Assembly: GCA_964016885.1 (NCBI GenBank)
Contig: OZ024741.1
Span: 362,638,001 to 362,702,000, forward strand
From: Eledone cirrhosa
Taxonomy: Eukaryota
DNA: 64,000 bases
Direction: 5' to 3'
Position numbers and translations under genes: made by a program. The notes under the pieces are model-generated. The model made no database searches, had not been told where the DNA came from, and worked only from the letters and a program-made list of their open reading frames with translations. Below, in pieces: positions 13,149 through 25,176 of the stretch (position 1 is its first letter; each line of letters opens with the position of its first letter).

Positions 13149-13544
13149 GTATGTCTTATAAATAATCTTTTTACATTACTTTCTTTTTCCTTCTATATCT
13201 GTGGAAAATATTCAAACTTGCCATGCCATCAGGGATAGCCACTAAGATACTGAAAAAATCCAGTGAGGTATGGCTTAAGCTAATCACTTACATAGTCAAC
13301 CAAGTAGTAAAGGAAGATGTCATACCCAATGGTGCCCAACAACACCAAATCTGAGTCTGAGGTTAAAGGTTGTACATTTATTTGTAGAGCATACTATTAA
13401 TACATTTCTATGCTATTTCTATCTGTTTCACATATTCTGTGCTATATATAACACTGTTTATGTACTGTCATTACACGACATGTCTCTTATTTTATAAAAT
13501 AATGTTTGTGCCTCTATACTTTATTGAGGTATAATTTCTTTTAA

Positions 13545-13770
13545 CCCTTTAACATTTAAACTGGCTGTATCCGGCCAGAATTCTCTCACCTCTTTCTGTC
13601 CAAACCGGCCGTAACTGGCTGCTCATCCAACATTAAAGTATTGTTCTCAAAATAAATAATATCAAAATCTTATAGATTCCATTTTATGTGAGATAATTAT
13701 ATATAAGATAAAGAAAGCCTTTACCGTGAAAATATAATAGTAAATATAGAGTAATGTAAATGTTAAAGGG
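13545..13770. mobile_element. piggyBac-type MITE (family also at about 3914-4102, 12601-12818, 27399-27605)
   Basis: TTAA-CCCTTTAACATTTA ... TAAATGTTAAAGGG-TTAA, i.e. perfect TIR and TTAA target duplication. Confidence 0.8.
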
Positions 13771-13814
13771 TTAATGGCAATGCCCCGGATAGCCATAGCA
13801 CATAGGCTTAAACA

Positions 13815-14072
13815 GGTAAAAGAATAATGTTATGGTGATGTGTATGGATGATGATCATTGGGTGAAGAAGTCCCAGGAGTTCACAGTGAAAGGAAATTGC
13901 AGTAGAAGACCAAGGAAGATCTTGGCAGAAGTAGCAAGAGTAGATCTTAAATCTTTGAACCTCACAGGGGAGATAACAAAGGAATGCAACAAATAGAAGG
14001 AAACTTTGCTGGAAAGGACTTGTCCAACCCATGCAAGCATGGAAAAATAAACATAAGATGATGATGATCATA
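13815..14072 (+). mobile_element. RTE LINE 3' end fragment
   Basis: WVKKSQEFTVKGNCSRRPRKILAE-like; ccaacccatgcaagcatggaaaa + (GAT)n tail. Confidence 0.65.
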
Positions 14073-14235
14073 ATGTTGTTCTGTAATCCCTATTACAACA
14101 ACCATGGTTCAACACAGTGTACACATTTTGTTTATGTGTCATAACTTTTTTTTATTGAAAAACCATTCCTTGTGTGATGATATATATGACAATAACAAAC
14201 TACAACTATTAAATATAATTTGTTTATTTCTGTAG

Positions 14236-14336
14236 GTAAATTTGTTTCAGTGAAAGGAACAGTGGTCAGGGTTGGCAATGTGAAACCACTTTGTATTAAA
14301 ATGGAATTTGAGTGTAACAGCTGTTCAGAACTACAG
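14236..14336 (+). CDS. MCM8: MCM8 coding exon 7 (OB fold, first Zn-finger CxxC)
   Basis: GKFVSVKGTVVRVGNVKPLCIKMEFECNSCSELQ; tgtag/GTACTG. Confidence 0.93.
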
Positions 14337-14838
14337 GTACTGTTTTATTTTGTTAACCCTTCCAATACCATATTTCTAATGAAAGACACTGTCTGATTTT
14401 CAAATTATTTTGAAAATAGTCAAGAATTTGAAGAGATTTATCAATATAACAAACACAGTTATTATATAGGGTGGTGGATTGGCAATATTTGTATTGCATC
14501 TGACACCATGCTTCGTGGCATAGGGTCATGACCCTTTATATTCATCCTTTACCTTTCATCCTTATGAGGTCGATAAAATAAAGTACCAGTAATGCACTGG
14601 GGTCGATTTATTCGACTTTCTCCCTCCCCCAAAAAATTGTTGCCCTTATGCCTATAATAGAAACAATTATTATATAGATTTTGCACTGAATTAAATATAT
14701 AAATGTAAGGGTTACTGTCATATGCCCTGTAATAATATTTTATATATCAGCATGTCCACAACTTGCTAGCTTAAAATAGTGAAAGCGACTCATGTAATAA
14801 ATTGTATTTTAATGTAAATTTCTTTATATTTCTTCCAG

Positions 14839-14880
14839 ACTATTTTGCTGCTTGATGGCAAATATATTACACCCCAGAAG
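14839..14880 (+). CDS. MCM8: MCM8 coding exon 8
   Basis: TILLLDGKYITPQK; ttccag/GTAAGT. Confidence 0.9.
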
Positions 14881-16691
14881 GTAAGTATTTAAACATTCAT
14901 ATATACATATATCATCATTATAATCATTTTATGTCTGCTTTTTCATGCTGGTAAGAGTTGAATTCCTATGAATCATGGTCAATGACAATACCTATTGCCA
15001 AAGTTTTAGATGGTTGCTACACCTGAATGCTAAGAAAGATAAAAAACATCAAACCTCTTGACTGTGTTGCAAACAAAATTATCTATGGCAACCTCCTACC
15101 CATTAGCTATACCATCTGTATTAGGTGTCTCCAATTTGCAGGTGATGTCACAAGAGGCTATGGACTTGCTAGAAAACATTTACTATGGAAGCCCACTACT
15201 GTGAAACACAAACGTGAAAGACTTCTCAAGATATTAAAAATAGTAATTGAGGAAGATACAGAATTATCCAATGAAGAACTGAGCCAGTTCGTGTTGGATC
15301 GTGTGAGATGGAAAAGTTTTATCATGTCACCACCAAGAAGTGGATGAATTTAATATTAGTATTATGAGTTGAATGGGCCATTACAGACCAAGTCAATACA
15401 TAATCATAGCTACTATTATCCTTGCCAGTTTGGCGGATTACATCTCACCCAATGCATTCCTTTTTGGCATGGTTTCTCAGGCTGAATACCCTTCTTCCTA
15501 ATACCAACCATTTTACAAAATATACTAAGTGCATTTTATTATGGCAAGTGAGAGATATCAGGCCTTGAACAACCAATTATGATACATGTTGATACAGAAT
15601 GTTTGACTGAATATCATACCACAGACTAGTTCAATGAATCATGATTTTGAGTGCCAGTGCAGTTAGTGCATGTTGCTGATTTGGCAGAGTCATTAGAATC
15701 ATATATAGAATGCTTTGTAGCATTTGTTCCAGTTCTCTGCATTCTGAGTTCAAATTACACCAAGGTAAACTACTTTACCTTTCATACCTTCAGGCTTCAT
15801 AAAGTACTAGTCCAGTATTGGAGGTGGGGGTCGATCCCCCCTCTCTCTCTTTCAGTCACACAAATCAGCTGTTCTGACTTAGAGAGGGATGAGATCCATT
15901 GGGTTTAAATGCCTATATGTTACGACAATGCCTTTATAACTTTCTCAGGAGTTAAGGATCTAACAGTTAGTGCCAATTGATATACGAGTCCATTCAGTTG
16001 AATCTCTTTCAGAAGATGGCTATGTACCAAGGATTGGTACATAGACCAAATACTTTGCAGCATTTATTCCAAAATTTTTAACTTTTGTGCCTATGTTAGA
16101 AACAACCATTATTGTAAATCTTGCCTTCCATCCCAAGTAGTGGGATCAATACAATCGAATTATTGGCCTTGGATTAAGAGAATCATTTGAGTGCCAGACA
16201 AAATTCTTTACAATATTAGTTTTAGCTCTTTACATTCTGAGTTTAGATCTGCTGTAGTCAGCTTTAACTTTCATTCTTCTGCGGTTGATAACATAAAATA
16301 CCAGTCAAGTATTTGGATTGGTTTAATTGACTTTCTCGTCCTCTCCAAATTTCTGGCTTTATGCCTAAATTAGAAACCATCTAAGTCAGTGGATTAGCAG
16401 ACTCATTAAATTGTTGTCTTTAACCCTTTTGTTACCAAACTGCCAGAATGTTTATTTTAAAGTCCTTATATTAATCTAAAAAACCTTCCATCATAATTTT
16501 AGGTAAGAACCTTAAGTTATTCTCTAAACACCAGATAAATAATGAAAAAGTTAGTTACATTACAAAATCCATCCAAATTCTTGATCGTTTTCAACATTTT
16601 TTGAAAATCATAGATAGTGTCTTTCATTAGAAATATGGTAATGGAAATATTAGTTTCCCTCTTTTATTGTAATATTTCTGTGTAATTTCAG

Positions 16692-16777
16692 TGCACTTCA
16701 TCAGGATGTCGTAGTCGAATATTCCATCCCAAACAAAGTTCTCCACAGACACAGTCAATAGACTGGCAAACAATAAG
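16692..16777 (+). CDS. MCM8: MCM8 coding exon 9
   Basis: CTSSGCRSRIFHPKQSSPQTQSIDWQTI; tttcag acceptor, weak donor GTTTTT. Confidence 0.9.
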
Positions 16778-16838
16778 GTTTTTATACATTTTTATATGTT
16801 TATCTATCATAGCCATGTAATGTAACTCATAAAGTTTT

Positions 16839-17205
16839 TAATAATAATAATATAATAATAATGAAATTATTGTGTACCGTGCTCAGGTGCACTACAACTC
16901 ATCAAAGGTGCATGTATAGTACATAGAATAATATACAAATGTCAGGGAAGTGAATAGTGTATGAGTCATGATATACATGTGTGCATGTGTATGGAGGGGG
17001 AATATTAGGTGTAGTGTTGGCGAATCTCAGGAAGCATGGAGGTTTTAAAGGGTGCAGTGTCTCGACAGCTAATAACAGGTAGTTTGTTCCATGCTTCAGC
17101 AACTCTGAGCGTGAAAAAATGTTTCCAAAAGTCATGGGAGCTGTGCCGTTTTCTGACTTTGTGGGCATGCCCACATTTGTTAGACACATGGAAATCAAAA
17201 AGGTA
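16839..17205 (-). mobile_element. CR1-group LINE 3' end
   Basis: HFFTLRVAEAWNKLP; same 3' UTR as the 40.7-kb copy. Confidence 0.8.
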
Positions 17206-17213
17206 TTCACTAA

Positions 17214-17367
17214 CCCTTTTGATACCAAACTATCTGAAGCGGTCCATGGTTTTATTATCTAAAGTTGTTAGCGGAAAGTGTTTATATTTCACTAAATCTT
17301 GATTATTTTCAGTATTATTTAAAAACCATAAGTAATGTCTTTCAATAGAAATATGGTAACAAAAGGG
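17214..17367. mobile_element. Second piggyBac-type MITE family (many degraded copies, e.g. near 2868, 16424, 19520, 45270, 47880, 60860, 61440)
   Basis: CCCTTTTGATACCA ... TGGTAACAAAAGGG-TTAA termini. Confidence 0.65.
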
Positions 17368-18003
17368 TTAACACGAGAACTTCATTTGGACTGGCCAGTG
17401 TTAGAAACAAGAGGCTGCCTTTGGTAGAACCAATGAGGGAGAATCTATGTGGTTACTCAACCCATTAGCTATAGTAACACAAATCTCTATCTGCTATCTT
17501 GAAAAGTAAGCAAAAGACATTGGATGATATAATCCTAGATACACGCATCATCACCATCCTCATTTTATAGCCATTTGTCATTGCTGGCTTGGGTTGCTGA
17601 ACAGATGAGTACATATTACTATTGTTCTTCTAGATGGACTGGGTGCCAAATCTTGCTTACATATATTCTAGTCTTAGTATGATTTCTTGAGCTAGATACC
17701 CTTCCTAATGGCAACCACTTTACAGAGAACTAGATTCATTTTATGATGTCACTAATGCAAAAGAGGTTTGTCATATCCTTGCCATAACTGAGGTGTTCTC
17801 TCAACACTAAGTAAAAAAAAAAAAAGATGTCCTAACTGGAATACCTTTGATTATAGATCTCCTGTGATGGCAATCTGAAAGTATCGTATGAAAAACATAT
17901 GATACGTTTATAAAAGGTCTTGATAAAATTGAACCTGTTAATTTGTTTGTTTTGATTAGCTACACATGTAGATAAATGATAATTTCCTAACTGTTATCAT
18001 CCC

Positions 18004-18292
18004 AAACTGCATTAGCAAGACATTCTTGAAAAGCATAAAACTATGACAGTATCACATTAAATATTTATTCTAATACTGTAAATTTTCACAATGATCTGTC
18101 TATTAATAATGTTACTATAAACACTTGAATTAACAAACCAGATGAAACTGCATTAGCAAATCATTCTAAAATGTACAAAAACAGCACTATAACTGCATCA
18201 CATTAAAAATTAATGTCGTTACTTTAACACTGTAAATTTTCACAATGATCTGTCCACTAGTAGAGACACTATAAACATTTAAATTAACAAAC
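18004..18292. repeat. Diverged tandem duplication of about 140 bp
   Basis: aaactgcattagcaa...ctgtaaattttcacaatgatctgtc...aattaacaaac occurs twice. Confidence 0.75.
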
Positions 18293-18415
18293 TAGGTTTT
18301 AGATGTATTCTACTAAATCATTACAGGATGTTAAGAGTTAATATCTTGAAATTTAAATCAATTAACAAAATGTATATTTTTTTCCTTCCTTTTCTGTTAA
18401 CTTCTCTTGTGATAG

Positions 18416-18495
18416 ACTTCAAGAAGTTATGGGGGATCAGAATGAAACAGGCCGAATTCCTCGAACAATTGACTGTGATTTAACATATGATCTAG
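18416..18495 (+). CDS. MCM8: MCM8 coding exon 10
   Basis: LQEVMGDQNETGRIPRTIDCDLTYDL; atag/GTAAGA. Confidence 0.93.
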
Positions 18496-19318
18496 GTAAG
18501 AACTAAAATTCCTTATCTTGTTTCTGTCTTCTTGTGTCTTATTCAAATATATTCAAATTTCAAATATATAGACACAAACGTGGTTGTATTATCATCGTCA
18601 TCCTATGTCCACTGTTCCATGCTTGCATGAGTTGGACAGGAATACTACATGGTGAAGTATGGTGAAGTAATTTGCTTCACAACCAAATAATTTTGGTTTC
18701 AGTCAAACTGCATGGCACCTTCAACAAATGTTCTTTGTCCTTGAAGATATTATATATAAAAGACACATATTACAGTGTTACCCTAAAGGCTATAGATGTA
18801 CTCTATAGTACAGTATATCATTAAAACAAAACACTGTTAACACCAGTAATTTATTAACACAGGTTCAGGATTCTGGTTTTGTGAATAATTTGCTGATTTA
18901 CTTGAGTCTGTTTTTAAGATAATCATCAAAAATGTGAAAACAAAATATAGTTTTCTTAGTTCTAGACAGCTTTATCTTCATCGATAAACCAGAAAAATAT
19001 AAGTACCCCTTGAGATATGACCTACATCACTTACAACTATTCACAGTTATGATTATTTATATTTCCACATGCACGCATGCATTTTCTCTCAGTCTCAATT
19101 ACAAAGTTAAAGACCGAAATACTTGCATGAGGAGAGTTTTTTCTCTGAAGACATTCTGCTGTCTAGCGCTCCTGAGAGTTTCTTACTATTTCTTCAACAC
19201 TTCTACCAGTTAAGTATTGAGGTTGATTTAATCAACTTTGCACTTCCCTCAAATTGCTGACCTTGAGCCTAAATTAGAAATCAATATCAAACATTACAAT
19301 GTTGCTTTCTATTTACAG

Positions 19319-19387
19319 TGGATAGCTGTGTCCCTGGAGATACAGTTTCAATAGCTGGTATTGTCAAAGTGAACACTTCTAATGAAG
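19319..19387 (+). CDS. MCM8: MCM8 coding exon 11
   Basis: VDSCVPGDTVSIAGIVKVNTSNE; ttacag/GTACGT. Confidence 0.93.
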
Positions 19388-19862
19388 GTACGTCTAAACT
19401 TTTCATTTCAAAGTACCAATATAAATATTAAGAATATAACAATATTAAGAATATAACAATATTAAGAAATAAATGTATCCTACACCTCTATGCTTAAGCT
19501 CTAGTTTAAAGGTGTGAATTAACCCATATGATATCAAAGCACCTGAAATTGCTTCTGGTTCTACAATACAAAGATCTTTTACTTAGCCTTCAGTCAAGGC
19601 ATGTCAAAGCTATTCTATGATTTCACAATGCTGTTTATTTGAAAATGTTTATATGTATTTAAAACCCTTCCATTATAATTGCATGTAAGAAACTTTAAGT
19701 TATGCTCCAAACACCAAATAATTAATGAGGAAGTTGAAGGTCATAGTCTCATTCATTAGAAATAGAGTAACAAAAGGGTTAGAGGTGTGCTAATTAACAA
19801 TATAACATCTTCAAATTTAAATCTTTATCAATCAATTTATAACTTACATATCTTATTTGTAG

Positions 19863-20043
19863 GTAACCCAAGACATAAAGACAAGTGTTTGTTCCTGCTT
19901 TACATCCAAGCTAATTCTGTATCAAATTCTAAAGGTAAAACCACTGGAGAATCAGCAGGCTTAGCTATGGATTTCACTATGAAAGAATTATATGCAATCC
20001 AAGAAATCCACAGTGAAAAACATCTTTTCAGGCTTCTAGTTGG
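19863..20043 (+). CDS. MCM8: MCM8 coding exon 12
   Basis: GNPRHKDKCLFLLYIQANSVSNSK...YAIQEIHSEKHLFRLLV; tgtag/GTGTGT. Confidence 0.92.
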
Positions 20044-20266
20044 GTGTGTACCATCACTAAGTTTTTTTCTGAAATTGAATTAAGCAAGAGATAGCAAAAG
20101 AGCGAGTTGTATATGTATTATGCTAAGAGAGCGAAAGTGAAATTTATTATGAGTTCTATATATGGGCTTTGTATATATATATTATCATCATTTAACGTGC
20201 ATTTTCCATGGTGGTATGGGTTGGATGGGCCATATATAAATATATATATATATATGTGTATATATC

Positions 20267-21422
20267 ATCCTGCAGGCTATAACAGAAGAGTTTAAGACTG
20301 GTTTCCCATGGGAACTCCTGTATGCAGATGATCTAACACTTATAGCTAATCTATGGCAGAATTAGAGAAGAAAATCCAAATCTGGAAGCATGGCCTAGAA
20401 TCAAACGGTCTTAAAGTCAACCTGACAAAGACAAAGGTAGAAGGGAAAATAGGGTTCTAATCCCCTCAGGGAAATGGCCTTGCTCAGTGTGTAAGAAAAG
20501 CGTAGGTAGAGATTCCATCCTCTCACAAATGCAAACTATGGATACACAAGGGATTTGAGATCTGAGGTAGGTTAGCTAAGAAGGTAGGTTTTACATGTTG
20601 CCATTACACAGGAGCAGTAAGCAGTAAATACCCACAGGAAACAAGTGCTATCAAATTCTTTGAGGGTTCTGTAGAAGCAGTAGACAGCTTCTGCTACCTG
20701 AGTGACCAAATCAGCAGTAGAGATGAGTGTTCTGAAAATACAGTAGCCAGAGTGAGAACAGGATGGAAAAAGTTCAGGGAACTACTAGAGGTTTTTCCCT
20801 CAAAACAAAGGGCATATTGTACAATGTTGCATGGCCGCAAGACCTGGGCGCTGTGTACAGAGGACCTGGAAAATTGGAAAGAAATGAAGCTTGCATGCTT
20901 CAATGGATGTGTAATAGTTATATACATGAATGGCAAAGTATAAATGAACTGAGAGAGAAACTGGGCATAAGAGGGATCCAATGCAATGTGCAGGAGAGGA
21001 GATTGTGTTGGTGTTGACATGTGATGTGTATGGAGGACCACAGCTATATAAAAAGATGCAGAGTGCTCAAAGTTGATGGAAGCTATGGAGTAGGAAGACT
21101 TGGGATGAGGTGATAAAAGCTGTTCTTGCACAATTCTAACTCAAAGGTCACACTGTAAAGTGGTTGGTGATAGAAATGGCATCCAAAGATAGAAGTCTTG
21201 TTAAACAAAGGGTTTGGAAGACCCTTCACTTGTGTCAAAGACATGACAACTTCTGTTGTGCACTTGGTAGAACATAAGACCGTACGTAAGCAAGATAACT
21301 GACCCCTAGCCTGTATGGGAGGTCAGTAACCCCGCTTCAGTAATGACTTGGTCTATATATAGACCTATCCAACCCTTTCTAGCAGGCAAAGTGGACGTTA
21401 AAACAACAATGATGATGATGAT
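20267..21422 (+). mobile_element. 5'-truncated degraded RTE LINE with 3' UTR
   Basis: QAITEEFKTGFPWELLYADDL, RTGWKKFRELL, (GAT)n tail near 21410. Confidence 0.85.
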
Positions 21423-21430
21423 ATATATAT

Positions 21431-22477
21431 ATATATCATAAAACATGTCTATAGAATCACAAGATAAAATATATACTATTTCCTCTCCCAATTAGCATAA
21501 TTAACTATATAAAAAATCGAATAGACCAGGCTATACGAATGAGGCTTCTATGAGGGAATCTCCGACAAATAACCAAAACTAGCGCTTCGCGTCAGCCGTA
21601 GCAGAATATTTATTGAATATTTCGACAGCGTAATCGCCTAGATACAGTCAACTAAGCAGAATTAGGTTTAAAATAAACTAGGAGAAAATAGAATACATTT
21701 AAATACCTCTACCATGGTTTCGTCCGTGTTTTGAGTTTTCCAATAATTATGTAATAATTATATAAACTCGAGCGCCAGATTCTTCAGGAAGCTCGCTCAT
21801 ATCTAGACATTAAATTTTCCAAAACGATCGCGCCAAGAATTCATTTTAAAATGGCTAAAAATCGTGACGTAGTCGCGGTCAAGTTGGAAGGGGTGTGGTA
21901 GTTGCTTATGACTGGTGGCATTTTTGCTAGAAAGCACAGCACAATACAGCCAAATTTGTATCTCAACCTAGTGGGAGATTATTACATATAAAAGTTTACA
22001 TATATATATACATACACATACATATACGTGTTTTGCAACTGGTCACTTTGTGGCTCAATGAAAAATTAATAAATTAAACAATCAGAGCTATATATCATAA
22101 AACATGTCTATAGAATCACAAGATAAAATATATACTATTTCCTCTCCCAATTAGCATAATTAACTATATAAAAAATCGAATAGACCAGGCTATACGAATG
22201 AGGCTTCTATGAAGGAATCTCCGACAAATAACCAAAACTAGCGCTTCGCGTCAGCCGTAGCGGAATATTTATCGAATATTTCGACAGCGTAATCGCCTAG
22301 ATACAGTGAGGAAATAGTATATATTTTATCTTGTGATTCTATAGACATGTTTTATGATATATAGCTCTGATTGTTTAATTTATTAATTTTTCATTGAGCC
22401 ACAAAGTGACCAGTTGCAAAACACGTATATGTATGTGTATGTTTATATATATGTAAACTTATATATATATATATATA
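21431..22477 (-). mobile_element. Penelope-like non-autonomous element / retrozyme: partial tandem with 5' inverted segment, in (TA)n
   Basis: Direct repeat 21437-21648 = 22096-22307 (offset 659); 22308-22460 is the reverse complement of 21992-22144; TA microsatellite at both ends; internal hammerhead motif; no long ORF. Confidence 0.7.
21705..21792 (-). ncRNA. Minimal type I hammerhead ribozyme motif
   Basis: Minus strand reads GCTTC-CTGAAGA-[long stem II: ATCTG..CGGAC, GAGTTT..AAACTC, ATAATTAT hairpin]-GAAA-C-CATG-G-TA-GAGGT. Stem I is GCTTC/GAGGT and the stem III loop is the palindrome CCATGG. Confidence 0.72.
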
Positions 22478-23587
22478 GGGAGATAGTGACAAAGAGATTG
22501 GTATTTGTATCTTTGTTATAAAAAGCAGCATTAGGATGGCAAATCCAGCCATAAAACACTTCTTCAAAAATTCCTGTCCAACCCATGCCAGCATAGAAAA
22601 CGAAGCATACCTCATGATATACATCTATATACAACTCACTCCCTTCAAGACCACACCCATGATCTGACACTATCTCATTTTTGTATGACCCCTCCTCCCA
22701 CTCCTGTCAATGTCTCCCCTGTAGTGGTGCGATGATAAAAATGCATTCAGTTCACCCTGTAAGGTGGTAGTTCTGGAATCAATAAAATCTCCCAGTACAT
22801 GCTATAAAGTAGTTGGCATTAGGAAGGGTATCCAGCTGTAGAAACCAAACCAAAACAACATATGAGCAAGACGTGGTCACCTGACCAGTCTAGCCTCAGC
22901 ATGCAATAACCCGTCTAACCCAAGCATGGAAAATAAATGATAAATGATGATGATGATTATATATATATATATATGTGTGTCATCATCAACGTTTAATGTC
23001 TAGCATGGGTAAGACAAGTTGTTCTGTTGTGAGACAAGCCAGATCAGTTAACCATGTCTTGCTCATACAGGACTGATTTTGGCTTGGTTTCTACAGCTGG
23101 GTGCCCTTCCTTATGCCAACCACATTTACAGTGTGTACTGGGTGCGCCAAAACAACCACTTTACAGTGTGTGCTAGGCACTTTTTGTTGTGACACGTACA
23201 TGGCCACTTCACAGTGTGGAGTAGGTGCTTTTTGTTGTGGTCCCAAAATAACCACCTTACAGTGTGGAATGGGGATTGTAGAGGTAAATCTAGGGTGTAG
23301 GGCTTATCGGATGAAGGGTGGGGGTATTAGGACGTGGGAGGTATGTGGCAGAGGGGAGGGGAAAGTGGAGCATACTAGATGTATGCTTCAACCCATGCAC
23401 ATGGGAAGGCAGGTCTTCTGTACTACTGCTTAACACCAGAGATCTCAATCTTGTCTCTGTATATGAAAAAACTTATGGAACTCAATTTTAAAAGGCTAAG
23501 TTCATCGTTGAGATTAGAGTTGCTGATATATGTTTGAAAGACAACCCATGAAAATATATTATTACTGGCTTCATTTTCCCCTTGTAG

Positions 23588-23618
23588 GTCCCTGTGTTCC
23601 AGTATATGTGGGCATGAG
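23588..23618 (+). CDS. MCM8: MCM8 coding exon 13 (31-nt small exon)
   Basis: SLCSSICGHE; ttgtag/GTAAGT; phases match both neighbours. Confidence 0.9.
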
Positions 23619-24180
23619 GTAAGTGTTTAGCAATATACTTTTGTTAATATTCCTTTAGTCCTAGATTTCAGACAATAAGTGTAAATTACTAAACCAGTCA
23701 TGCACATCAGAAACATTTTTATTATAGCTGTCTTCTAATTTACAGCTAGGTTACAGTATATCAATATTTTATATGGATCTGTTCATCCAACTTAAAACAT
23801 TGCCTGAAAATAGACCCCATGATGAGTATGATTAAACCTGTTATAAGGCCTGTATGGTTAACCCATGCTTTAGCAAAGAAAATGGCCCTTAAAACACTTA
23901 TTGTGTTGTGTATTGTAAATGTATGTAAAAGATATTATTATTAATCCCCACCACTCCCACAGTATTGATTGCTTTGTGACATTCAACCTTCTTTGAAATT
24001 CTGCCCTCACATCCTCTACCTCTAGAGACCCAAATATCAAATAACCTCTTTGTAAATCAGATTGGAACCATCACCCATTGTCAAATGATGATTTCTTCTC
24101 TATTACAAAGCTCCTGCTTTACATCTGTCTTTTGTACTGCTAATGACATTATATGAAGTAACTTGATAATATTTTCAAAG

Positions 24181-24243
24181 ATGGTCAAGGCAGGCTTGGT
24201 TCTTGGTCTTTTTGGAGGAACACAACGTTTTGCAAATGACAAG
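24181..24243 (+). CDS. MCM8: MCM8 coding exon 14
   Basis: MVKAGLVLGLFGGTQRFANDK; AAG acceptor, GTAAGC donor. Confidence 0.92.
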
Positions 24244-25107
24244 GTAAGCATAACTTGAATGTTCTACATAGAAATATTTGCCTTGTAAATTAAAATTTTC
24301 CTTATACAATTATATTGTACAAAATTTAATTTGTTTTTTATTATTTTGTCTATTTTCCCATGTGGCTAGTGAAAATATGGACCTTGGTGATAGTGAAAAT
24401 ATTGATTTCTAATTTAGGTCCAAGGTCAGCAAATTTGAGGGAAGGGCATAGGTGATTAAATCAACCCCGTACTAGACGGGAACTTATTTTATTAACACTG
24501 GAAGTATGAAAAAACAAAGTTGGCAGGATTTGAACTCAGAATGTAATGTGCCAGAACAAATATCGCAATGACATTTTATCCAGTGCGCCACCACATCTTC
24601 CAATCCACCACCATTTTAATAAAAATATAAATGTTGGGAGTAGTGAAAATATTAACCTTGGGAATAGTGAAAATATTGACCCTGTCGTTATCATTATTTT
24701 TATGTTGACTTTTCCATGCGAGCATGAATTGGACAGAACCTTGTGAGGCAATGTTTTACAGCTGGTTGCCCTTCCTGGCATCATCCTTTTTAGACTCTTC
24801 TTACGACACACAGGGATACAGTGTACCTATTCTAAACTAGATACACACATCTAATGAAACTATTAACCTTGGAGATAATGAAAATATTGACTTTGGAGAT
24901 AGCATAGGAAGTAGAGTAGCTGTTTCAAATGAAAGCAACCAGTACACTTGGCTGACAAATAGGCTCCACTCCTACTTCATGATTGAGTGGTTAGTGAAGC
25001 ATGCAATATGTAAATTCTAGCAAATATATTCGGTCTCAGCTACCATAAAATATATATGAAACTGTTTGTTTTTTTAAATATCCAATGAAAATGTTTTATT
25101 CTTACAG

Positions 25108-25176
25108 AACTGTGTTGCCATTCGTGGGGATGCCCACATTTTGATGGTTGGAGATCCCGGTTTGGGAAAAAGTCAG
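25108..25176 (+). CDS. MCM8: MCM8 coding exon 15 (Walker A)
   Basis: NCVAIRGDAHILMVGDPGLGKSQ; ttacag/GTAAAT. Confidence 0.95.
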
